From Catajapyx aquilonaris (lineage: Eukaryota), in the NCBI GenBank assembly GCA_000934665.2, contig KZ538369.1, forward strand, positions 57,398 to 77,397: a stretch of 20,000 bases of DNA, in the 5' to 3' direction. The notes under the pieces were generated by a model, which worked only from the letters and a program-made list of their open reading frames with translations, was not told where the DNA came from and did not search any database. Positions within the stretch are counted from its first letter, which is position 1; each line of letters starts with the position of its first letter. The position numbers and the translations under genes were made by a program. Positions 9,699 to 19,262 of this stretch are shown in pieces.

Positions 9699-12600
9699 TA
9701 TAGTCATGTGCCAGGGAGGGTTAGCTTCACTTTCGTTTGTGTCCGCTCAATTGTACCCGTAGAAATACAATCATGTTCGTATGATCAACATTATTTGAGG
9801 GGTCCCAGATCATAGTCCATCGATGGGGGCGGGGTCAAACATAAATACGTGCAGCAATAATGTCATTTGGTATAAATTTCACATTTGCATAATGTAGCTG
9901 AACTGCAGCAACATGTGGACGTAAAATGTTTCAAGATTATACCAGTGAAAGTTAAGTAATCATCAGTTCTTGCTCATATTCTATGACCAGTTTTTCCCAG
10001 TGGACCTGGCTGTTTTTGACCTAAGAGCCCTTATTTTCTGCCATCTATGTCAAAAATACTACCAGACACACAACTACAATATAATCCAAAAAAAAGAGAG
10101 AAAAGGGTTACTTGGACACCCCTGAATTTGACCAAAAAAAGTGAAACAGCTACAAATAGTATTTAATGAAACTAACAAACTCGGCAACTATTTAATTAAT
10201 GTACACTGTAGCCTCTGAAACAATGTCCAATTTAATCCCATCATACTAATTCAAACAATTTTAACTCATCGTGGCTCGTGGGCACCAGAGAAGTCCGTCA
10301 TACAATTTTGGGTTTGTTTATTAAAGTGTAATGAGTTTAGCCCCTCATGCGTCGCAACTTCTTCTCCTGTGTGCAAAAGCCGCGTTTTGTAACGTCCCGC
10401 GAATAATTTTAGCCTGCAATTCTCGCATTTGGGTGCGTCGTTTCTTGAAATGTTTCCTTCCCTCCAACGCCGGCACGTGTAATTACTGCTCCACCCTTTT
10501 CATTCAAATGCACTGGCTCAACAGCTTTTCCGGCTAGCTGACCAAGGATCATGGGCGATGAGGGCGAGGCTTTCACACAGCACGGCTCTCCTCTCACATA
10601 ACCACCGTATACTCCAGGAGAACTCCTCTAATGCAAGACATTATGTTAAGTATCATATCCGCCACTGACACTACTACTTCACGACAGCTGAAGATTACAG
10701 CAGTAAAGTCTGCTGTAAAATTTAATTAAAATTTATGCAATGCAGAATTACTCCCTTTGACTCTGTCAAAAAAAATTGTGTTTTACATAAAAATATATTT
10801 TCCTCCAGTATGATACATGGTTGCTTTCAATTATTTGCTTCAGTGCAGGTGGTGTACCTACATTGTTTATTCACTTCATGCAACCCAGCACAGTTTAGCA
10901 TACTCTTCAAGAGTTACAATGTGTTTTTAATGTAACGAACTCCGGTGCGGCCTTTTCACCAGAGTTGAAAGCAACCGCGTTTGCAGAGAGCTACATAGTA
11001 GCAAGGCTGTGGCCGGTAAAAAGTGATTTGAAAACAAGTTGCTAAAACGATATGTATGTATACAGTATGTGTAGGGGTTAGCAATTTCCATCCTCTGCTG
11101 CTTCTGCCAGGGAGGCAAGAAAAACATTCAATTCCACGAGTTTCCTGAGGGATTTGGTCTCTAAACAAGAGACGCGTGTAATTCGGATGCCGATCCGGGA
11201 GGAGAAGCGTATTCCGAGCCGGGGCCTGGAATTTTAGGGAAAGGAGGGATTTTGAATGAGTTGCCAATCCCCAGGTGAACCCAAGTAAAATAGTTGGGGC
11301 GCGGCAAAGTCCAGGCGCACCATCACAAAAGGTCTGCTGGCCTTTTGTGCGTTGGGGCCCCCATCTAGTTGAATAACAAATTTTGCAGCCTGCTGTTTGA
11401 ATGCCTAATGATGCGCGTTTAACATGAGCGATTGCATTGGGTAAGATTTTGCAGTCCGGAAATTCCGGTGGGGAATTTCGGTGGAGAGGGGGAGGGGACG
11501 GGCTAATGGGAAATTAGCAAAGACTTGTGGGCAAATTATAAAACATTTTCAATTCCGAGGGAAGAGAGTAGTTAGTGGGAAAACCTTTTGGGCACGTTTT
11601 GCGCCATAATTAGACACCGAAGACCGACCCCAAAGTGTGGAAATGAAAGTTGCAGGTCCCAAGGTATATATGTATGCATGTTGGAAAAGAAGACGGAAAG
11701 TTGCTCGGGGGAAGAGAGGACCTGACTTGCAATCGTATGCTTTAAACTCAGATTCTGTTTTCCCTTTGGTGATTCTGACTCCTGCTACCTACATTTGTAT
11801 TCAAATAGAGCGTTCCAGGAATTAAATCCTGCGTCTGTCGTGTCCGTAATTCTTTGCACAGATTCATATTGGAAAAATCACCAACTTCACTTTTCCTGCA
11901 AACTATTCCTCTCTTTGTGCCAAAATTGTGGATTACAAAAAAATACAGAAGCATTATTGAATCAATATCTGTGCTAAAGTGTCTCAAATGAAACAGACTG
12001 CGCATGCAATATGTTTTGCTTGCTCATGAAATCCGTAGAGAACTTAACGGGCAAAACAAGATTTCTTTCGGTAATGTCACTTAACAGAATCACATATTTA
12101 AAATAAAAACCTTTCATTCTTTCCATACAAATAATAATTATTCCAGATGTTTCGTGACCCTTTTGCTGTTTCAGAACAATGCAACCAAAATTCCAATTTC
12201 ACTTCATATCTAGGTATTTATTATTGTTAGCCAATGTTGCCTGTAATTGTAAATGTGCATCCTATATGCCTTGTTACAATAACATGTAAACATCATAATT
12301 ATCAGTTAAAAATTCATATTATTAGCATATCGTTGGGCGGCGCATGCATTAGCTGGAAAATACCAATTAATAAGATATTTATGAAGTTTCGACGCTATAA
12401 ACCCGATGAAAAAATATTCATTGCAAACGACTTATCAGGTGCAAAATTCGGTCCATTGACAGCAAAATCGCAGGTCATCGAACCTCAATGTTGTCCTCAT
12501 TATAATGTCAAGTGCTTTGTTTCGCTACACCGCAGTATCAATATTGAATTTCATGAGTTATTTTTAGGCCTGTTATTTGGACACGGGTATTACATCACTA

Positions 12601-12940
12601 CAATAATTGAGTCAAGCCGTGACATGTGTAAAAGCAGCTTTGCGGGTATACTGTCGATTTGCACATATTTCGTCAGTTGTGAAATGCCCGCAGTGTTGCT
12701 TCTCTCGGATATTCTGTACCAGTCCAATCCATCAGACCGATTATTACAACAAACCTGCCATCAGTTGATAGTTTGTTGCCATCGTAAGCTAGTGTTAAAA
12801 AAACAAAGAAACGTGAAAATTGGCTTTGCCGCTTCTCACATGTAATTATTTCCAGTGATCATCGATCTGAAACTTTTCAATTAATAAGCACTGCATTGTG
12901 GCTTTTGGTTCTTATGTTCCAGGCGTACATTTTTTTTTAA

Positions 12941-13286
12941 AATAATTGTAATAATAATCCTGGTAGTGCTAGACCGTATCAGGTATGGAGCACGGACTTT
13001 TATTATACTTGAAGTACAATGCAATACAATGCCGGAACCTTGAGCGAATCGCCCGGGCCCACGGGTAGGATGACAGGAGGGGATGTGCGAAGTGCAGTGC
13101 AATGTCTTATCCGTGGTCGTTTTGTGAATTCCCCCGGGTGGTTAATCTAAGGAGCCACCCATGACGAGGCCAGAGAAGGCCGCTCAACTCTGCACGAGAT
13201 GAAGGGGGTGTCCTCGGGCTGGGATCGAACCCAGAACCTTAACATCCGTGGGCGCATGCATTACCGCAGCACCACTCCGCCTCCCC
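12941..13286 (-). mobile_element. tRNA-derived SINE, apparently full length (~345 bp)
   Basis: The minus strand starts GGGGAGGCGGAG-TGGTGCTGCGG (A-box-like, 13274-13264). A B box GGTTCGATCCC (13231-13221) follows 32 nt later, inside a T-arm-like stem CTGGG/CCCAG. After a GC-rich body it ends in a stem-loop GTGCT...AGCAC plus GGATTATTATTACAATTATT, an (ATT)n tail. A degenerate target-site duplication TACATTTT lies at 12926-12933 and 13288-13295. Confidence 0.85.
13221..13274 (-). promoter_or_regulatory. RNA polymerase III type-2 internal promoter (A box + B box) of the SINE
   Basis: The B box GGTTCGATCCC matches GGTTCGANNCC exactly. The A box TGGTGCTGCGG matches TRGCNNARYGG with 2 mismatches. 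The 32-nt spacing is tRNA-like. Confidence 0.75.
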
Positions 13287-13875
13287 TTACATTTTAATAA
13301 AACAATGCGCCTATCCAGTAGGCCTGCGGCAACGTACAGTTCAGGTATGGTCAAAATTACAATTACAAATATAACACTGTACACGCAGCTGCCTCACAAA
13401 GAAATCCGATGCAAGCCCTGATTCGCAGCAAAATAATTGCAGTCCGCATCTCAGCTTACTGCATCACACCATCCACTTTTTTGACTTTTTTTATTTAAAA
13501 AGAGGAGAAATCGAACTACTCGATAATCAGTGATGCCTAGCGAGTCTTGCAGAAACTGCTGCCTTATGTAGCAACCCCACACCTTGCTCGAAGTTGATCC
13601 TGATCGCCTAATCGGCATGCAAGTCTCGCAACTGGGTGAAAACGTCTTAGCGGGAGGAAACCTCCTTCATTTCCATTAGCCCCTAATCTTATTCCGGTGT
13701 GTGGATGCCGTTCCAGAAGGCCTCGGGGGACAGGTAAGACACAGTTTCCATTAAAGAGACCTTTTCCTTTTCTTCTCGTCATCGGAAACTCCGCGGCGGT
13801 CTCCCTTCCACAAAACCAAAGCTCCGGAAGCATTCAGCCAGCCATACAAGGGAATCACGGCTCCCCTCGGGCTCA

Positions 13876-13931
13876 AAAGAAAAAAAGAAAGAAAGACCAA
13901 CATTCTTTCTCTCCTCTTTTTTTTTTTTTTT
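13876..13931. repeat. Low-complexity purine tract followed by pyrimidine/poly-T tract
   Basis: AAAAGAAAAAAAGAAAGAAAG, then TTCTTTCTCTCCTC and a T15 run. Confidence 0.8.
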
Positions 13932-14840
13932 GTCTCTCAACAAGCACAAACTGTGGAACTCGTTCGTATTGATATACACTCTACTTCGCTGCTACTGTAC
14001 AGGGCAACAATGCCTGGTCGATGGATGACAATAGGACATATTACTCTGCAGTCTGGTCAGACATGTTTGGCCTGCACTACTATTATCGGAAAGCTCAAGG
14101 TTTTTGTGATGTGATATGATTAGGCTGAGCAATAAGACAAGTTTCCCTCCAACATCTCATTTGAAACTGAACAAGCCAAAATTGGTAAGCCTGGAATCTA
14201 TAGGATATTGACTCTATAGCCAGTCGTTTTATAACTCAATGCGCAGGAAAATATTTTACACTCTAATTTAGCACAATCTAGTCAATGTTGCATAAGGCAA
14301 ACTCTTATGTCCCTGAGCGATACAGTAATGTCCATACTCATTTGTGCTGGCAAATGTTAGGTTTATTATGGTGAGTTTGGCGTTTTTGTTTAATTAGTGC
14401 GCATGCACATCTTGTAACATTAACGTTCAGGCGATTATTTTTTTGGATGATAATATGGTGAAAAATGCGTTACAAAAACACCGCTTTATGTGGAAATCAT
14501 TGACAGCCAATTAAAGTTCATTAATAATGGAGTATAGTGTAAACGTGTGCTAATTAAAAAAAACTGTTTGGCTTCTGGCCAGCCTCCAGGCTGTGAACAT
14601 GTGCACTGTATCCAATTTTTCTTGTGTCGCATTGCACAACTCTGGTATTCATTACGAGAGTAAACGGTAAAGAGCAAAGCATATACGTATTCCCGCCAAT
14701 AAATTAAAGCCGTGCAATGTCAGCCGCATACCTATAAATTATGGTTTTAAAAAGTGACCCAAATGTTTGCGGCATGTTGCAAAAAAAATTGGCCACACTT
14801 ATGCTGGAGTTTATTAGGTTCCTCGGGTAAATTAAATCAG

Positions 14841-14884
14841 AATACAAAATAATATTTTCAGCCTGAAAAATGTTATTTTCTATT
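14841..14884. repeat. Imperfect 44-bp AT-rich palindrome
   Basis: AATACAAAATAATATTTTCAG-C-CTGAAAAATGTTATTTTCTATT. The arms differ by 2 substitutions and 1 indel. Confidence 0.7.
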
Positions 14885-16432
14885 TGTAATACGGCAATGA
14901 TATTTTCTCAGTGCATTTAATCCTCACAATGTGCATACCGACTCCCAGGTTCCGATAGTTGGAATGCTGCCTAAGGCATGCACATACACCGATAAATGCA
15001 GCGGAACGCAATGACTCGCCAGATCTCTTCATTCCTCTGCTTCCATTTGAGGTCTGCTTTCCTCCCTCAAAATGTCGGGCCAGAAATGGATTCACTTCAC
15101 CTCTGCCTTTGGTCCCGGCCAAGAAGTTTCCTCTTAGCCAATGAATTTATAATGAATATGCGGCTTTTCCTAGGATGGATAGGCGGCATAATTCGGAAGG
15201 CGCCGACCAGAAATTTTGCCCCCCACGTCTCCACCGTGTTTCTCACGCAATCAAATCTTTGATGGTATTAATGGGGGTACGCCGCTAGCTTTATACCCGT
15301 TCATCCGCCACAAAATCGCATTTTCTTCCTAAGGGTTTATACACAAAATTTGGAAAAAAAAAGGGGGGGAGGGGGGCGATGTATATACTTGTCGCCTTGA
15401 ATTTCTCAATAATTTACCCTCATGTGAAAAAATATATGGCCAATTTTTTAAATGCTTCCCCTGTATATGCAGCAAAACGCGCAATTTTACACAACGCATA
15501 TTCCCACATTAGTGGTTACACGCACACATTATCGCGCAACAACTCTCCCATTTCCCCCTCACTTCAACCAATACATGGCATTGCAATTTCCCCAATTGAG
15601 CCTGCAGCTACTACAACGAGGACTAGGACTATAATTATCGCAAGTTTTTGAATTATACGTTTTATGCGCTCCTCGAATCACAAAGGCTTTGCTATTGCCG
15701 GACTGCAATTCGCTCCATTAGCTCTAATTAGCAGGTGAATAAAAGTGGTACCAAACAGGGAGTCCTGTAACAAAGTCGACATGAGGAGGCCTCTTCCCCT
15801 TGTTTCCAATTAACCGGATTTAATCGTCATTATTAGTTACAGCATTAAGCTCAGCAATATCGGAAAATGTGCATCCCGCAGGATTTTTCGATTCAACAAA
15901 CAATATTGCGCCAAGAAGGGAGAGAGAAAGAAGAAAGTCAGTAACCAAACCGAACCAAACACACAGCTCACGTCTTTAGAAAGGTCAATTAGTTTGGGAA
16001 CCGTTTAAAGCGCCTTTTCAATAATTCACTCAGGCGAGGGCTTTATACGATCAATAATCCAGACTACCTCATCCGCCTTCTGCACAGTATCAACATCTGG
16101 GGTATCGAGTTGGACTTGGCGGTTATATTCGCAACAGAGAAAGAGAGAAACTGGCAATAAACGAACATTTCCTGCATAGCCTATACAGTGCAATTTATTT
16201 TCAAACTTAACCTTTTGAGGGTTAAGTAGTTGCATTAAGTCGTCTCTCTCTGAAAGGGCTGCAATACGTAAGGAGCTTTTCTGCACTGCAGTGTAACAAT
16301 GTGTCCATTGCTGTCATTGACTTAAGCCTGAAACAGTATATGCTGTTGGCTATTTTCGCATTACAACTTTGGTAGGCGGGACGGGCAGAGTAATAACCGG
16401 GCCGCACTTTTTTTTAATGAATTGTTCATGAA

Positions 16433-16460
16433 GTGCATGCAGGCGTGTCCATGCAGGCGT
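16433..16460 (+). repeat. 14-bp tandem duplication
   Basis: GTGCATGCAGGCGT followed by GTCCATGCAGGCGT (1 mismatch). Confidence 0.8.
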
Positions 16461-17693
16461 ATAATATGAAAACATGGAGGGCTTTCCTATATATACCTGC
16501 AACCAAACCCTTTATTTGCCATTCGCACGTCCGGATTCGTCTTCTGCAATTAATTTAATTAGTGTGAATATGCGAAATTGAAAACGGCGACGTTCTGGTC
16601 CTCCAAGAGTCAAAAATGCCGGAATATTGACTGGCATGAATCAACAGGATGCGGCTATTTATGCTCAATTGGGAAACAAATAAACACTGCACTGTCCGTG
16701 CGTAACTACAGAACAATATGTCGGATTTAGTCAAACCCCCTAAAAATGAAACGAAACATTATATTCTGTCAGCTTTTCCGGCTGGGTGCACAACACTAAA
16801 TGAAATGTGGCCAACTTGTTGTAATTCGGTTGCCAATTATATGCATGCTGTAATTCCGTCGATTGTTCATATTGCTACCCCTCTAGATTAGAAACAACGG
16901 TTGGATGGTAGCTACAGAGTGTGTATATGTACTGTACCATATATGGTATATACTAATTTATCAATTTCGTACGGAAATCTGCATTCATTATTGAATATTA
17001 GCCGAAATTGTCATTTAATTATTAATTAAATTAATAACGCGGTATGTGCATTTTGCTATACATGGCAAGCAGTGCAGAGCACGTTGTCATTCCTGACATG
17101 TCCAGAGCTCTGTACATTATTGCGGCTCGAATCATGTTTATGTTTGCTTATTGCTGTAATGTAAAATACTTTCTATTGTTACACTTGAGTTTGTTTGCTA
17201 ATTTGTGGGGTGCTAAATTGAATTTATTGCATTGAACGGTTGATTGAGGAGTTTAAATAATCAAGAAGATTCAGTGGAAAAATTATGATATGAGCTATGT
17301 AGGCTAATCTCTAAAAGTCAATGCGACACGCTGCAGCTGAAGATGTACAGGTATTATGAAGTAGGCCTATATACCTTTACTAAGACTATAGCTATGCAAG
17401 AATAAAGCACAATGTCTCAATGCAGACGAGTTGAATGGTTTATTAATGATGTTCACATCGGCTCCATTATTGATGAAGCTCTTTAATGAATTTCCCTACT
17501 GCAACAGAAATAATAACCCCAGCTAAAATGCACATTTCTGATTGAATATCATTCCCTTCGCGGCAATGCTTTGCAAACAGTGGCTTCACGTATTGCTACC
17601 TCGCTCTTGATGAGATCAAGATGAGTCAAATGAGTCTTTTTACTGGTATAGTTTCCCTTATAAATGTGATGGCCTGGCATTGAAATTGTGAAT

Positions 17694-17701
17694 TGACGTC
17701 A
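17694..17701. promoter_or_regulatory. Perfect CRE palindrome TGACGTCA (3 of 3)
   Basis: Exact motif match. An AP-1 site TGAGTCA lies nearby at 17622-17628. Confidence 0.35.
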
Positions 17702-17878
17702 CTAGCCCATTTACTGACATTGTGACAAGTTATAGTGCTGCTATTGTATACGGAATGCATGTCGTGTAATTATTTGAAGTGGATACACTCTGAAACAGCA
17801 AACTATATTTGTCCATAAAACTTGATATAACTTATTATGTGAACAGTGTTTATAGTAGTGTAGTCAACGGACATCCTA

Positions 17879-18041
17879 GAATGCACTTCCGTAACTTCCC
17901 ACTTTTCAAATTTCCTTGGAGATTCCCGCATGCAACAGTAAACAATAAACAGTGTCAACAGAAGGACACTGTTTACTTTTTATGTTGCTTGAGGGCATCT
18001 TCACGAAAATTTGAAAAGTGGGAGGTTCCAGAAGTGCACTG
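17879..18041. mobile_element. Foldback MITE, Tc1/mariner (pogo/Tigger-like) type, 163 bp
   Basis: Arms 17882-17956 and 17965-18038 are inverted repeats (63/75 identical by hand alignment) around an 8-nt spacer AACAGAAG. The right end reads TA|CAGTGCACTTC on the minus strand. The left end reads TA|GAATGCACTTC (decayed). TA at 17877-17878 and 18042-18043 fits a TA target-site duplication. Confidence 0.75.
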
Positions 18042-18693
18042 TATGTGAATGAGTTCAAAATTACATAACCGCCACGACAGCATAATAATGCTGAGATGCA
18101 TTGATTAAACCCAGCTGCAACAACCGTAAAACCATGCAATTACTCCTCCATTTTCCTATCCTTCTTTCCGCAACCGAGTGTATTATTCAGTACCATTACC
18201 GAATAACACTCGAAAAACACTCGAAACTGATCCACACTGATAACATGCTCCTCTTAAATAAACAACATCCTCTATCAAAATACAAGTACGCACACCGAAA
18301 AGGTTTCTTTCGCCCACTACCCCACCCCCCAGAATCCTCTTGATCCCGCTCAAAAACACTCGGTTTCAGCATGGGCAAAAAAAAATAATCATAGAGTCAT
18401 CCTCCCCCATCTATAGACTGAAACCGGTCCTTAAGTTGAGCTCTGACCACACTCGAGAGGGCTTACTGGGAGCACACATGCAAAGGATCTCATTTCTGGA
18501 TGAGCTTCTCATAGACTATCTATAAGGCTTCCTTTTTGGAGGAGGTGGTGGGTGGGTTCTATCTATCCTCCTCTTCCCAGGGAATATAGCAGGCAGTGGA
18601 GGGACCAGCTTTTCCGGAGCCTGGATGCATCTCCCCGGACTATCGATTGCCTGCTGGCCTCATCCCCCGCAGGCCCTCTCAACCCAGCCCCAG

Positions 18694-18750
18694 GGATAGA
18701 CGGACGGATGGATTGGATGGATGGATGGATGGACGGATGGACGGATAGAT
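18694..18750 (+). repeat. (GGAT/GGAC)n tetranucleotide microsatellite
   Basis: About 14 imperfect units read directly from the sequence. Confidence 0.95.
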
Positions 18751-19245
18751 GTATCCTAGCTGGGTCCAGCAGCCTCCACAACTATGCTAATCAACCTACC
18801 CCAAGTGCAAGTACGCAGCACCAGCAGCATTACCAGAAGAAAATGCAGGTGCGGTCACCCAAAAGCCATTCAGACACACCAACGCAAAGAGCTGGCCTTA
18901 TAGGTGCCAATGAGTAGCTTACAGAACTTAACACTGGCTGTAACTCTCCGGACACGATAATTCTTCAGCCAAATTAACGTCACTCCCTGGAAAAAAAGTG
19001 ACAAAGGTGGCAGTTACGACGACAACGGTATCCCTGGAACTGCGATTTGATGGCGTGTCCTCATCATGTCAGCGTTAATGTGAGGCTCAAATTTTCTGTG
19101 ACTGAAAAGCAGGGGCGCACGTAAGTGTGGAGAACGTGACACACAAAAGGAGCATTCAAATTTAACGACTTCAAAACTTGCACAGAGGATTAATGGATTT
19201 TTTATTGTCCGCGAAAGTACTGCGTTTTAGAGTTTAATTATAAAA

Positions 19246-19262
19246 CTCTCTCTCTCTCTCTC
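19246..19262 (+). repeat. (CT)n microsatellite
   Basis: Read directly. Confidence 0.9.

Noticed and set aside
9755..9763. ACCCGTAGA, similar to the start of miR-100; also partial miR-10, miR-125, miR-133 and miR-750-like words elsewhere
   Set aside because: Seed-length matches only, with no mature-length match or hairpin.
13010..13020. ATTGTACTTCA (minus strand) matching the 5' end of miR-305
   Set aside because: Only 11 nt match, it lies inside the SINE, and there is no precursor hairpin.
13211..13286. Functional tRNA gene
   Set aside because: The acceptor and anticodon stems do not pair, the T loop is 6 nt, and the sequence continues into a body and ATT tail. It is a SINE head.
814..15508. 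Su(H)/CSL sites YGTGRGAA (814, 4997, 12833, 15240, 15501) as a Notch-target signature
   Set aside because: They are scattered, with no paired-site arrangement, and number only about twice a rough chance expectation.
16551..17033. Paired-class homeodomain P3 sites TAATNNNATTA (16551-16561, 17023-17033)
   Set aside because: Both lie in pure A/T runs where such matches arise by chance.
17471..17541. C/D box snoRNA candidate (TGATGA...CTGA, 71 nt); similar pairs near 4236 and 8800
   Set aside because: No convincing terminal stem, internal C'/D' boxes or rRNA guide complementarity.
17..18917. The remaining 60-137 aa ORFs in the supplied track as protein-coding genes
   Set aside because: No recognisable domains. 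Many start at non-ATG codons, overlap on both strands or run through microsatellites and the two mobile elements, which is typical of chance ORFs in eukaryotic non-coding DNA.
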